Virus record (IMG/VR): IMGVR_UViG_3300013767_000193
Location: 50 to 64,049 of that record
Direction: 5' to 3' (one strand)
Source of the DNA: a virus
Length of the DNA stretch: 64,000 nt
Shown here: positions 1 to 9,711 of the stretch, one piece after another
How the letters are laid out: every line of letters begins with the position of its first letter
Position numbering within the stretch: position 1 is the stretch's first letter
Notes under the pieces: model-generated
Databases searched by the model: none
What the model saw: only the letters and a program-made list of their open reading frames with translations
Told to the model about the DNA's origin: nothing
Program-made: the position numbers and the translations under genes

Positions 1-2
1 CA

Positions 3-1040
3 CTGACCCGTCCACAGGCGCTGAACGCGCTCTCGCTGGACATGATCCGTGCCATCACAAGGACACTCGAAGCCTGGGCCGCAGCGTCCGAGGTGGTTGC
101 CGTGGTGGTGGCTGGGGCAGGCGGCAAGGCCTTCTGCGCCGGCGGCGACATTCGTTTCTTCCACAAGGCCGCGCTTGAGGGCGATCCGCTGCTTGACCAG
201 TTCTTTGCCGAAGAATACGCGCTGAACTTCCTGATCCATCGCTATGCAAAGCCCTACATTGCGCTGATGGACGGCGTGGTGATGGGGGGCGGAATGGGCA
301 TCTCGCAGGGGGCGCGCCTGCGCATCGTCACTGACCGGACCAAGATGGCAATGCCGGAAACCAACATCGGACTGTTTCCGGATGTGGGGGGAGGCTGGTT
401 CCTGTCACGCACGCCAGGCCGGCTGGGAGAATACCTCGGCCTGACCGGGGCAGCCATCGACGCGGCCGATGCGCGCTTCGCCGGCCTTGCCGATGCCTAC
501 CTGCCTTGCAATGCGCTGGCCGAACTGGTTGCCTCGCTGCGTGTGCAGCCGTTTGACAACGGCGAGGCGGTGCTGGCCCACATCGGTCAATTCACCGCGC
601 GGCATGCCGATGATTGCGCGCCCGCGCAAAGCCAGCTTGCCGCGCTCTCGGGGGAAATCGACCGGCTTTTCGCCGGCGGCACCGTGCAGGACATCCTGGC
701 GGCTGTCAGTGACGAGGCCGGCGACTGGGCTGCGCGGACGGCAGCCATGTTGCGCAGCCGCTCGCCGCTGATGCTGCAAGTGACGCTGGAGCAGATTCGC
801 CGTGCGCGCAGTATGTCGCTGGAAGATGAACTGCGCATGGAGCTGGTGATGATGCACCATGTGTTCCGGCAGGGCGATGGCGTGGAGGGCATCCGCGCAC
901 TGGCCATCGACAAGGACCACAAGCCGCGCTGGCAGCAAGCGCGGCCGGACGAGGTCAGCCGGGAAAAGCTGCAGTCGTTTTTTGACAGTCCCTGGCGGCC
1001 GGAAGATCATCCGCTCGCGAACCTCGGTGCAAGCGCCTAG
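3..1040 (+). CDS. Enoyl-CoA hydratase/3-hydroxyisobutyryl-CoA hydrolase family protein (host, 5' partial)
   Basis: FCAGGDIR, MDGVVMGGGMG and AMPETNIGLFPDVG crotonase motifs; the frame is open upstream of ATG 42 (LTRPQALNAL). Confidence 0.93.
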   Translation: MTRPQALNALSLDMIRAITRTLEAWAAASEVVAVVVAGAGGKAFCAGGDIRFFHKAALEGDPLLDQFFAEEYALNFLIHRYAKPYIALMDGVVMGGGMGISQGARLRIVTDRTKMAMPETNIGLFPDVGGGWFLSRTPGRLGEYLGLTGAAIDAADARFAGLADAYLPCNALAELVASLRVQPFDNGEAVLAHIGQFTARHADDCAPAQSQLAALSGEIDRLFAGGTVQDILAAVSDEAGDWAARTAAMLRSRSPLMLQVTLEQIRRARSMSLEDELRMELVMMHHVFRQGDGVEGIRALAIDKDHKPRWQQARPDEVSREKLQSFFDSPWRPEDHPLANLGASA

Positions 1041-1139
1041 GGGCACGCCTGCGCAGGCTCCGCGGCTCGGGTAGGGTGGCGGCTGGACCGGGCAATGCTC
1101 GCCGCGCGATCCGCGGCGCAGGATAACGGTTCGCCCCGC

Positions 1140-1181
1140 CGAGCCGACGCGGTGCTCTTTGTCACGCCCGAGTACAACCGC
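1140..1181 (+). pseudogene. Tiny remnant of an NADPH-dependent FMN reductase gene
   Basis: Reads RADAVLFVTPEYNR, the family signature; no start, and a stop follows shortly. Confidence 0.6.
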
Positions 1182-1370
1182 TTGGGGAGGTCGCCAGCGG
1201 GGTGAGTCAGCGTGGGGCACGGCAGAACGTTGCACTGTGGCCTATACTGTCGACCTTTCTCGCATATCCAATGCCGGTTGCAGGCAAGTCTGCCGCGTCC
1301 AGCACAAAGCCAGGCGTCAAACTAGTGTTCAAGGGGCAGGACGTCGCCCCGCGCAGAAGTTGTCATCTCC

Positions 1371-1469
1371 ATGAATTCAAGCCCCCGCCGCATCTCGGTT
1401 GCCCCGATGATGGACTGGACCGACATGGCGCCGGCAGGCCGTTGCAGCCCGCCGGTAGTGAAAAAGTAG
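1371..1469 (+). pseudogene. dusA: Displaced native 5' end of dusA
   Basis: MNSSPRRISVAPMMDWTD matches the DusA N-terminus, then diverges and stops after 32 aa. Confidence 0.9.
1401..1423 (+). repeat. att core, left copy (GCCCCGATGATGGACTGGACCGA)
   Basis: 23-bp exact direct repeat with 62029-62051. Confidence 0.95.
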
Positions 1470-1487
1470 CAAGACACTTCTGACTCT

Positions 1488-1742
1488 TCAGTTCAGGGCC
1501 TTGAATTCAGTCTGGGCCACCAGCCGCCGCCCGTCCAGGTATTCCGCCAGGTCCTCCACGTGGACCGACAGCGCGGACTTCTGCGAACGGTCAGCCCGGG
1601 TCACCGGCAGGCCCAACGCCTGGTCCCGCGCCCGGCGCATCACGGTGTCGAGTGATAGGTGCGAGAACACGTCGCGCTGCAGCGTCTCCATGTCGATGAA
1701 GGGGCTGTTGTACTTCTGGATTAGGATGTCTAGGGTCTTCAT
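1488..1742 (-). CDS. Pyocin activator PrtN-family DNA-binding protein, probable excisionase/RDF
   Basis: 84 aa from MKTLDIL; LGLPVTR...QKS...VHVEDLAEYLD pattern; located next to att. Confidence 0.7.
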   Translation of the reverse strand: MKTLDILIQKYNSPFIDMETLQRDVFSHLSLDTVMRRARDQALGLPVTRADRSQKSALSVHVEDLAEYLDGRRLVAQTEFKALN

Positions 1743-1753
1743 AGGGTCCTCTG

Positions 1754-1779
1754 AAAAAAAGCCCCGGCCGAAGCCGGGG
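1754..1779 (-). terminator. Rho-independent terminator between primase and PrtN-like gene
   Basis: CCCCGGC-TTCG-GCCGGGG followed by CTTTTTTT on the minus strand. Confidence 0.85.
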
Positions 1780-1803
1780 GAAATCCACCTACAGGAAATT
1801 CGA

Positions 1804-4743
1804 TCAGACGGCTTCGGCCACGGCCTGCAGCGGGGGGAGCATCGCATCAGCGTCCAGCTTGGCCAGGTCGAACACCACGCAGGTCGTCTTCGTCCCCGGC
1901 GCCGTGGTGCCGCGCGCTAAGTTGAACGCTTCGTGGTCGGAGACCAGCACGCCGGCCTGGCGGGCCCCGTCGAGCAACGCTGAAAAGTCCGCCCGGCGGT
2001 CCGTGCACCAGTCCATCACCGCCCGCTTGGACATGTAGAGGCGGCCGTCATACGTACCCGGGTTGGACGGGTTGCCGATGATCCGCCGGCCGGCGATCTC
2101 CTGCGTGATCCGCACCTCCTCGGGTGCCGACCGCGTGCCCGTGGCGTAGCCCCAGGTCGAGATGATACGTGGCGCCAGGCTGTTCACCATGCGGGCCAGC
2201 AGGTCCTCGTCGCTCGCCATGTTCTGGGTCTGCACCTCGAGCTGCATCTCGTGCAGCATGTTCACCACGAATGGGACCAGCCGATTCATGTCGAAGTAGG
2301 CGATGCCCAGGTCGACCAGGATCTGCGCCGCCACCAGCGTCACCGCCGCATGCGCGCGATAGTTCCGGTATGGCTCGCCCAGCACCCGGCTCTCGAGCAT
2401 GCTGCGCATGAGCGCGACGTCCGTGATGACCTTCTCGAGGTTGGTCGTGACGTAGCGCACGAATGCCTCGCCGGCGTGCCCGCAGTTCTGCTGCATGGTG
2501 GTCAGCGCGGCTGCCACAAAGCCCGCTGGGTGCACCGGGAGCGCGTACTTATCGATGCGCACCTGGACGATCCGCACCGCCTCCGCGGCCGAGTTGTCCT
2601 TGTGCTGCGCCAGGCGGGCGTGCAGGTCGGTGTTCGCCGTGATGTAGGGCGCCATCATCCAGGTCCGCGGCTTGGCCAGGCCCACGCCCGTGGCGGTGGC
2701 CAGCATGCGGGACTTCTCGATGCCCGACGACACGTCATAGGCCCAGGCGCTCAGCTCGGCCGGGTCGATGTCGGTGAACTCGTCGAACAGGATCGGCAGG
2801 TTGTTGTGCGTGCCCATGAAGCCAGGGCGCGCCGCCACCGTGGAGGACTTGGTGTGCGTCATGCGCCGCGCGTCGCCGAAGCCCGCCAGCGCCGCGTTGC
2901 ACACGGTAGTCTTGCCGCGCGCCGTGCGTGGGCCGGTGATGGCGAACATGATGCCGGCGTATAGCAGCTCGCCCGAGAAGGGCGTCAGCAGCGATCCAAA
3001 CGCGTTGGCGTAGGCGAACTGCATCGGCTCCATGCCGCGCATGCCATACACCGAGTTCATCGCGCCCACGTAGGCATCCAGCGTGCCGCGGGGCTCGAAG
3101 AAGGCCTCCTCGGCCAGCTCAGCCGCGGAGGAGGACAAGCGCACCTTGCGCTCGACGCCGCTGGTCTCGAAGACTCGGTCGCCAAGCAGGAAAGCGGTGC
3201 GGCGCTTGTCCCAGCCGAAGTTACGCCAGGTCTCCATCTCGGTCACTTGTTTCTTGATCGCCGCGAACGAGTCCGACACGTACGCCGACAGGTGGCGCGC
3301 GGTGTCCTTGGGTTCGCTCGGGATATGTACTGATCGTAGGCTCAATTCTTTCATGAGGTCACTCTGTGAAGCCAGCAGGCTCGACTTGAAGTCCCATTCC
3401 AGCAGGTCGCCCTTGGGCTTGATCAACCTGCACATCACGGAGAAGTCCTTGTCCTCGGACGCCCACCCGTAGACCCAAAAGCGGTCCGAGGTCAGCGTGC
3501 GCAGGGTCGGCACTCCGTCTTCGTTCTCCACCAGGCGCCAGAGTCGGCGGCCGTCCCACCCGTACCCATCCGGCGGCGACGGGATGTCCACCGTGATAGG
3601 TGTCTCATCCTCGGCCAGCGCCTCGACCGTCTCGGCCGAGGTCTCGGGGGCCACCGTGCCCAGCTGGATCGGGCTGGTCAGCGCGAAGCCGCCATCGTCC
3701 TTGCGGTACTGGCACCCCTCGCACCCCTTGGGGTTGTCGGCCTGGAACGAAGCACACGTAGCGGGCCCGGTGTTCCAGTCGTCGAACTTGGCCTCGGTGG
3801 CCTGGGGGTCGTAGGTCTGGTGCCCGCTGCTCCACTCCTGGGCCAGGTCCAGCCCCTCGGTGCAGTGCTTGATGAGGCCTAGGCACTTGAACCAGATGGG
3901 GTACTCGACACAGCCCTGTGTGTCGCGCATCGCCGCCAGCTGGGCGCACTTCTCGGCCACGGCCACGGCGGAGGCCGGGGGGTGGTCCCGCTTCACGGCT
4001 TCGGCCAGGGCGTTCGTGGTGCCGGCCGCCCGCAAATAGGCAGGAACCTCCTCAACAACAGGCGCCAACGTGCTAACAGCTTTGATCGCTGCGAGAAACG
4101 CCTCCGGGGTCGTGGCGCCAGCACCAGGGTGCAGGACCTTGACCCCCTTGCCCTCACCCTTGCGGTTGGTCGTGCCAACCGGGCGCAGGATGGACGAGGC
4201 ATCCGCGGTGCGCGTGGGATCTGCGAGCACTTTGTGCTCGGCCAGCGCCGCCTTGAGACCAGTGGCCACGGCACGCCAGGCGTTCGGGCTGATGTCCTTG
4301 GTCAGGGGCCAGTAGGCGTGCAAGCCATTGCCTGAGCTGACCAGCATCGGGGCCACAAGTCCTACACGTTGGCAGAACTCATAGAGTGCACCGGCGCCTT
4401 CCTTCTTGGTGGCGTAGCCCTTGCCGGCATCGGCCTTGTCCTCGCCGCAGTCGATGTCGACCCAAAAGGACTTGATGCGCCCCATGTTCTCGGCCACGCG
4501 GTAATACTTCCTCATCTCACCAGGCCGCTTCGGGTCGGGCAGAGACACCGACGCCTCCTTGTAGGAGGCGCATGCGTGGTAGACCGTCTTGCCTTGGTCA
4601 TCGAACACCTTGGCCTTCTGAGCCAAGGTCTCGAGCGTGGGGAACAGGACGTGGTACGGGTACGGCTTGTCGCCATCCATGTACGCGAGGTAGTACGGCC
4701 CGACCGCTGGGAGGATGGCGCGGAAAAACTCCAGCGTGTCCAT
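1804..4743 (-). CDS. Primase-helicase fusion (RepB-like/AEP primase, PriCT-2, DUF927-type helicase region)
   Basis: FWVDID, VSSGNGLHAYW, WSSG...KFDDW, GPRTARGKTT and LFDEF motifs. Confidence 0.8.
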   Translation of the reverse strand: MDTLEFFRAILPAVGPYYLAYMDGDKPYPYHVLFPTLETLAQKAKVFDDQGKTVYHACASYKEASVSLPDPKRPGEMRKYYRVAENMGRIKSFWVDIDCGEDKADAGKGYATKKEGAGALYEFCQRVGLVAPMLVSSGNGLHAYWPLTKDISPNAWRAVATGLKAALAEHKVLADPTRTADASSILRPVGTTNRKGEGKGVKVLHPGAGATTPEAFLAAIKAVSTLAPVVEEVPAYLRAAGTTNALAEAVKRDHPPASAVAVAEKCAQLAAMRDTQGCVEYPIWFKCLGLIKHCTEGLDLAQEWSSGHQTYDPQATEAKFDDWNTGPATCASFQADNPKGCEGCQYRKDDGGFALTSPIQLGTVAPETSAETVEALAEDETPITVDIPSPPDGYGWDGRRLWRLVENEDGVPTLRTLTSDRFWVYGWASEDKDFSVMCRLIKPKGDLLEWDFKSSLLASQSDLMKELSLRSVHIPSEPKDTARHLSAYVSDSFAAIKKQVTEMETWRNFGWDKRRTAFLLGDRVFETSGVERKVRLSSSAAELAEEAFFEPRGTLDAYVGAMNSVYGMRGMEPMQFAYANAFGSLLTPFSGELLYAGIMFAITGPRTARGKTTVCNAALAGFGDARRMTHTKSSTVAARPGFMGTHNNLPILFDEFTDIDPAELSAWAYDVSSGIEKSRMLATATGVGLAKPRTWMMAPYITANTDLHARLAQHKDNSAAEAVRIVQVRIDKYALPVHPAGFVAAALTTMQQNCGHAGEAFVRYVTTNLEKVITDVALMRSMLESRVLGEPYRNYRAHAAVTLVAAQILVDLGIAYFDMNRLVPFVVNMLHEMQLEVQTQNMASDEDLLARMVNSLAPRIISTWGYATGTRSAPEEVRITQEIAGRRIIGNPSNPGTYDGRLYMSKRAVMDWCTDRRADFSALLDGARQAGVLVSDHEAFNLARGTTAPGTKTTCVVFDLAKLDADAMLPPLQAVAEAV

Positions 4744-4746
4744 GCC

Positions 4747-5001
4747 TCACTCCTGGATGATGAGCCCGGACTTTCCCTTCGCCTCGCCGGCGGTGTGCGC
4801 AGCCTGCACCATGAATCGCTGGGCGTACGTGATGAGCTCCTTGCCTTGCATGCCGTTCTCCGCCTGGGTGCCGATCATCAGGCCGACGAACTCCGCCGCA
4901 CCCATGACGATCTCCGGCCAGGTGAACTCCCCCGCGCACAGTGCCTGCACGCAGCGGGCCGACACGTCATCCTTCGTTCGCTTATCAATTTGGTGTGCCA
5001 T
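4747..5001 (-). CDS. Hypothetical phage protein
   Basis: 84-aa ORF in operon, tight spacing. Confidence 0.7.
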   Translation of the reverse strand: MAHQIDKRTKDDVSARCVQALCAGEFTWPEIVMGAAEFVGLMIGTQAENGMQGKELITYAQRFMVQAAHTAGEAKGKSGLIIQE

Positions 5002-5020
5002 TTATCTTTTTCCTGAAGAT

Positions 5021-5045
5021 GAAAAACCCGCCCCGAAGGGCGGGT
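5021..5045 (-). terminator. Rho-independent terminator
   Basis: ACCCGCCC-TTCG-GGGCGGGT followed by TTTT. Confidence 0.8.
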
Positions 5046-5059
5046 GGTTCGTGTGGCGC

Positions 5060-6175
5060 TCAGTCGTCGAAGGTGATGTTTTCGAGCGACGGGATCGCCT
5101 CGACCTCAATGCTACCAGCATCGACTGCCGCCTGTGAGGCGGAGACTACCTCGGACACCTTCGGCGCACCGGCCACGCCCAGGCCCTGCTCGGCGGCCTG
5201 AACCGCCGCCTCGATCTCGTCCACGCGCACGGTCTTGGTCGGGGTGATCTGCTTGGCATCGCGCAGCGCCTTCTTGGCCATCAGCTCGGCCAGCAGCCGC
5301 TCCTCTTCCTCGGCGGCGATCTCCTCCGGGGTCTTCACCGGGGGCTTCGGCTCGGCCTTCGGGGTGGCCTTCGGCTTCGCCGGTGGCGTGGCGGCCTTCA
5401 GGTGCGCCGGCACCTCGCCCAGCGCGTCGGCCTGGGCCTCACCCTCGTCCACCGCCGGCGAACCCCCGAGGATGGCCTCGACGCGCTCGCTGGCGGCGAC
5501 TTCCTTCACGTGGTTAAACTGCTCCTCGCTGAGGAAGCCCACCGGTTCGAACAGCACCTTCGGAGTCGGCGCCTCGGGGTCGAACCGCAGCTTGGTGATC
5601 ACAGCCTCCAGCGGCACGCCACGCTTGGCCAGCATCTGCCCGTATTCGCCGGCCGGCTTGATCGACGCCGGCGGAACCCGCAGCAGCATCGGATTGTCCA
5701 GGTCCGACAGCGCGGCGATGGCCATGCGGATGTTATCGCCGCACGCCTTGCCCTTGGAGGGGGTGCCGTCCAGGTTCACCTTCGAGCCCCACTGGTTCTT
5801 GGGGCACAGCGCGCAAGTCTTGCTCTGCTGCTTCTCGGACTGCGGGTCGGGCTTGATACCGTCGCGGGAGAAGCACGTCGGCTTGCCTTGCTCCTCACCA
5901 TCCGCCCAGGTGGTGGCGTACCAGACCTTCGTCTTGACCGGGTTGGCCTTGACGATCACGACCTCGATGTACGACGCCGGGCTGTCCGGGTCCTTCGGGT
6001 TCATGAGCAGCTTGCTCTCGCCGCCCTTCTTGACGGTCCAGGTCTTGCCCTTGAGCGACATGCTCGGGAAGCCCTCGGTGTGGTGCGCGGCCAGCGCATT
6101 GGTGACCTCGGCCGACTTCAGGAACGCCGGGACGTTGGCGCTACCGGAGAACAGTGCGGGGATATTGTTAGCCAT
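5060..6175 (-). CDS. ssDNA-binding/annealing-like phage protein
   Basis: Replication-module position, CxxC, A/P/K-rich linker, acidic-aromatic tail ENITFDD. Confidence 0.55.
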   Translation of the reverse strand: MANNIPALFSGSANVPAFLKSAEVTNALAAHHTEGFPSMSLKGKTWTVKKGGESKLLMNPKDPDSPASYIEVVIVKANPVKTKVWYATTWADGEEQGKPTCFSRDGIKPDPQSEKQQSKTCALCPKNQWGSKVNLDGTPSKGKACGDNIRMAIAALSDLDNPMLLRVPPASIKPAGEYGQMLAKRGVPLEAVITKLRFDPEAPTPKVLFEPVGFLSEEQFNHVKEVAASERVEAILGGSPAVDEGEAQADALGEVPAHLKAATPPAKPKATPKAEPKPPVKTPEEIAAEEEERLLAELMAKKALRDAKQITPTKTVRVDEIEAAVQAAEQGLGVAGAPKVSEVVSASQAAVDAGSIEVEAIPSLENITFDD

Positions 6176-6231
6176 TTCAGTTCCTTTGGTGGAAATATAA
6201 GAGTACGCCGCAGGGGCGCAGTTAGCAAGTC

Positions 6232-6615
6232 TTACGCGCGGCGCACATTGACCGTGCGCTCGGCGGTCCAGTTGATGCCCGGGGGCAGGTCCTGGTGCTG
6301 GTCAACGAACTGCTCGATACCCGACTTGGCCGCGCGCAGATCGGCCAGGGCCCAGTTGTCCGGGTCGGTCAGGATGAAGTCCCGGAACGCCACTTTGTCC
6401 ACCACTGTCGCGCTGGTGCGCGTCGAGATGTACGCGGTGCCCGCGCCGCTCTTCACCGAGTCCGTGCCGATCTTGTCGAAGGTGGCCAGCAGCGCCGCCT
6501 CGATTTGATCCATGGCATCCGTGACCGGCTTGACCTTTTCCTCGTAGTCCTTCTTCATCTGCGCCTTGAGGTCGCGCAGCTTGATGTACTTTCCAACCAC
6601 GTCGTCCAGCTTCAT
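6232..6615 (-). CDS. Coiled-coil phage protein, Gp157/Gam-like
   Basis: N-terminal coiled coil, SVKSGAGTAY, LPPGI motifs. Confidence 0.5.
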   Translation of the reverse strand: MKLDDVVGKYIKLRDLKAQMKKDYEEKVKPVTDAMDQIEAALLATFDKIGTDSVKSGAGTAYISTRTSATVVDKVAFRDFILTDPDNWALADLRAAKSGIEQFVDQHQDLPPGINWTAERTVNVRRA

Positions 6616-6647
6616 GGGGAACCTCCCGTTAAATTAGTCATGACTTG

Positions 6648-6881
6648 CTAACTCAGCACCGGCGGCACGATACCCCGCCAGGGCCTTTCCTGTGCCATCG
6701 CCGCCAGCACCATCTGCGGCGCCTTCTCTCGCTTACTCGTTACCCACAGCCACCGCCCACCGTCCCACATCGACCACAGCCGGAACGGTTCAATATGGTG
6801 GAACAACCCCTGTACCTCATACACCCCCGGCCACGCGGGCTTGACGTTGGCCGGGAACCACTCTGTTACCACTTCGCTCAT
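6648..6881 (-). CDS. Hypothetical Trp-rich phage protein
   Basis: 77 aa, 4-bp overlap with the helicase stop. Confidence 0.6.
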   Translation of the reverse strand: MSEVVTEWFPANVKPAWPGVYEVQGLFHHIEPFRLWSMWDGGRWLWVTSKREKAPQMVLAAMAQERPWRGIVPPVLS

Positions 6882-8446
6882 ACCTGAAGCTCCTGTGCAG
6901 CGATCAGCTCGAGCAGCACATCCTGCGCGCTGACCTTGTCATTCACACGGCTGTACATCTTGCGCTCCACCGGGGTGCCCTGCAGCTGCACGATCACCGT
7001 GGCGCGCTTCTGCCCTGGCCGGCGCACCCGCGCATTGGCCTGAACGAACACGTCGGCCGAGTTGATCGGTGCGTACCAGCACGTCGTCGTGGCCTCAGTT
7101 AGGGTGAGACCGTGCGACATCGTGCCGGGGTTGGCCACGATCACATGCAGCGGATCCTTCGGGTCCTGGAAGCGCCGGAAGATTTCGTCGCGCTCCTCCT
7201 TCTTGGTGGCACCGTGAACCACGCCGATCTCCCAGTGCTTGCGCAGGTGGGTGGCGATGTGCTCGATCACACCGGTGAGCGGTGCGAACACCAGCACCTT
7301 GCCTTCGGATTCTTCGATGACCTCCTCCAGCTCCGCCAGGCGTGGGCCACAGTCCATCGTCACGTGGCTCCCATCGGCGTCGTACGCCACGCCGCAGGCA
7401 ATCTGCACCAGCTTGCCGGCCTTGACTGCAGCGTTCACCGCGGTCACCTGGCCACTGGCGTGCTCGGCGATCAGCTTGCGCACCATGTCGTCATACATGC
7501 GCTGCTGCTCGGTGGTGAGCTGGACCTCGCGGGTGATCGTCACCGACTCGGGCAGGTCCGTACAGTCATCGAGCGAGAAGCGGATCGACGGCTGCAGGAT
7601 CTTCATGACCTCATCATGCGCGGTGGGCTTGGCCTTCCAGGTGTACTGGTCCACCTGGAACATCGCGCGCTCACGGAAGCCGCTGAAATACTTCGGCAGG
7701 TCCGCGTTGTTTGGCGTGATGAGCTTGGCTTGGGCCCACGCATCGGTCGGCTCGTTCGGCGTCGGTGCCCCGGTGAGGCCCCAAGCGCGACGCGGGCATT
7801 GCTTGTTGACGACCTCGTTGAGCACCTTCCAGCGGTCGGTGCCGTGGTTGCGCGCCATGGCGACCTCGTCGATGATGACCAGGTCAATGTCAGTGCGGTC
7901 CTTGAGCTCTTTGTGGATGACCTTGAGCCCGTCCGTGTTCACGATGTACACGTCGTGCTCGGCAGCCAGCAGCTTCTTGCGTCGTGCGGCCGTACCGTAT
8001 AGCACCGCGCAGCTTAGGTGTGGGAACGACCGAAACACCGTGTCCGCCCAGGTGCGTTCCAGCGTTGAGAGCGGGGCCACCACGATTACACCGCGCACTA
8101 CCTTGTTCATCCGCAGGTAGTCATACGCCCACAGCGCGCTCGTGGTCTTGCCGGTGCCCATGGAGTTCAGAATGAACGCCCGCGGGTGCTGGCTCACGAA
8201 TGCGCACGTCTCAAGCTGCGCCTCGAATGGGTGATGTGGGCCCGGCCAGTCGTAATAGTATGAGATGGGGGAGGGCGCATCGAACCCAAGGTTGCGGAGC
8301 ACAGTAGTTTCGTCCGGCCGATGCGGTACCGCCACGAGGATTTCGCCCTCGTGGCGGACTTTGACGGCCGTGGGGATCACGTTCAGGATGCGTTCCGGCT
8401 CTCGTAGCCGGAACAGCAGTGCCTTCTTGGATTTGTAGACGAGCAT
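6878..8446 (-). CDS. SNF2-family SF2 helicase
   Basis: MGTGKT, IIDEV, LTGAPTPN, GLTLT and QANARVRRPGQ; start MLVYK. Confidence 0.9.
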   Translation of the reverse strand: MLVYKSKKALLFRLREPERILNVIPTAVKVRHEGEILVAVPHRPDETTVLRNLGFDAPSPISYYYDWPGPHHPFEAQLETCAFVSQHPRAFILNSMGTGKTTSALWAYDYLRMNKVVRGVIVVAPLSTLERTWADTVFRSFPHLSCAVLYGTAARRKKLLAAEHDVYIVNTDGLKVIHKELKDRTDIDLVIIDEVAMARNHGTDRWKVLNEVVNKQCPRRAWGLTGAPTPNEPTDAWAQAKLITPNNADLPKYFSGFRERAMFQVDQYTWKAKPTAHDEVMKILQPSIRFSLDDCTDLPESVTITREVQLTTEQQRMYDDMVRKLIAEHASGQVTAVNAAVKAGKLVQIACGVAYDADGSHVTMDCGPRLAELEEVIEESEGKVLVFAPLTGVIEHIATHLRKHWEIGVVHGATKKEERDEIFRRFQDPKDPLHVIVANPGTMSHGLTLTEATTTCWYAPINSADVFVQANARVRRPGQKRATVIVQLQGTPVERKMYSRVNDKVSAQDVLLELIAAQELQV

Positions 8447-8447
8447 C

Positions 8448-8723
8448 TCAGCCCTTCTTCTGTTTGCCCGGGTCGTAGCTGCCGCTGCCCTTGCGCCAGC
8501 CCCGGTTGGTTTTCTCACTGACCACGCGGGTATTGCCATCGGCGGAGCTGCCGCCGCTCAACAAGGGCTTCACGTGGTCGACGTCCTTACCGTCGCCTTT
8601 GTGCACTTTGCCCGCCTTGATCGCATGGGCGCGGGCCAGGTTGCGGGCCTCGCGGTTCTTGACCTGCTGCGGGCTCGCCTCGTACTTCGTATCGTAGGCT
8701 TTCTTTGCCGGTGTGTCTTTCAT
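8448..8723 (-). CDS. HNH endonuclease-like protein
   Basis: DVDHVKPLLSGG...N...N motif. Confidence 0.75.
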   Translation of the reverse strand: MKDTPAKKAYDTKYEASPQQVKNREARNLARAHAIKAGKVHKGDGKDVDHVKPLLSGGSSADGNTRVVSEKTNRGWRKGSGSYDPGKQKKG

Positions 8724-9034
8724 ACGCGTTCTCGCCTCCCTACCAGAGCAAGCGGGTTTTCAAATATCTTGCCACGCACACGCTCAGGGTTCATCCCCAC
8801 GGCCATGCACACCCAGGCAAAGGAGCCCGGGTGGATTGCATCACTTTTGAACCAGGTGCGCAAGTGTTTGACCGGGAACTGCCCATACCGCGTATCTGAC
8901 TCGCCGCGGTGTTCGACGCGCTCCACGGCCTCCCAATCTCGGATCGCCTGGAGCAGCACCGCGGCCCACAGCTTGCGGTACGCGGCGATGTCCCCATCCC
9001 GTATTTCGTTGGGCTCGTATTCTGCTTGAATCAT
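8720..9034 (-). CDS. Hypothetical phage protein
   Basis: 104 aa, LWAAVLLQAIRD; overlapping start/stop junctions. Confidence 0.75.
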   Translation of the reverse strand: MIQAEYEPNEIRDGDIAAYRKLWAAVLLQAIRDWEAVERVEHRGESDTRYGQFPVKHLRTWFKSDAIHPGSFAWVCMAVGMNPERVRGKIFENPLALVGRRERV

Positions 9035-9237
9035 CTGTTAGCCAGTTCCCACAAATCTCTGCACTCGGCGTCGCACCACCGGCGCGGCACCGTAGCGTTC
9101 TGCACCAGCGGCTCCCGACACCACAGGCATGCGTGGCTGCCGTGGATCGGTCTGTTCGCTGCCCTGGCGTTGTCAATGGTGGCGCGGTTAAACAGTGCCT
9201 CGACGTCCGAGGCGTTGTCCATCATGTCAGCAGACAT
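9031..9237 (-). CDS. TraR/DksA-like C4 zinc-finger protein
   Basis: Acidic N-terminus MSADMMDNASD, CLWC...WCDAEC. Confidence 0.75.
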   Translation of the reverse strand: MSADMMDNASDVEALFNRATIDNARAANRPIHGSHACLWCREPLVQNATVPRRWCDAECRDLWELANR

Positions 9238-9563
9238 GCGTTCTCCTCAAACCACTGCCTCAACTTGCTAACATCGTCGACTGCCAAAACAATGCCGCCG
9301 GCGGTGCGTATCTCCTCGTGGCGCAGCTCCTGCATTGGCGTGGGCACTTCCCCCGGGGCCTTGGCCTCGATGTCGAAGCGCCTGCCCCGCAGGCACCCGA
9401 TAAAGTCGGGGATGCCATGCACCCCCATCCCCCGGCTGACCGGCATGTAGTAGGTGCCGATCACTGGCACCTTGGGCTGCTTAGCGCCTGCGCGCCAGAA
9501 GCCCATCGAGTCCAGTAGCTTCTTGATGTCGTTCTTGACCTTGCCCTCCGGTGTCGCCGCCAT
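9222..9563 (-). CDS. VRR-NUC domain nuclease
   Basis: TPEGKVK, GIPD, IEAK, TPMQ motifs. Confidence 0.85.
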   Translation of the reverse strand: MAATPEGKVKNDIKKLLDSMGFWRAGAKQPKVPVIGTYYMPVSRGMGVHGIPDFIGCLRGRRFDIEAKAPGEVPTPMQELRHEEIRTAGGIVLAVDDVSKLRQWFEENACLLT

Positions 9564-9701
9564 CTAGCCCCCCAAGTAATCTGCCGTCATCATCAACCGC
9601 TGCGCCAGTTCGACCACGACGGGGGAGTACATCTGCGGCTGCGACAGGATCATATCCACCAGCTGCTGCAGACCCATCCAGGAATATTCCGTGACTTGCA
9701 T
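9564..9701 (-). CDS. Small hypothetical protein (45 aa)
   Basis: Hand-translated MQVTEYSWMGLQQLVDM...; fills the gap exactly. Confidence 0.55.
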   Translation of the reverse strand: MQVTEYSWMGLQQLVDMILSQPQMYSPVVVELAQRLMMTADYLGG

Positions 9702-9711
9702 GTATACCTAC

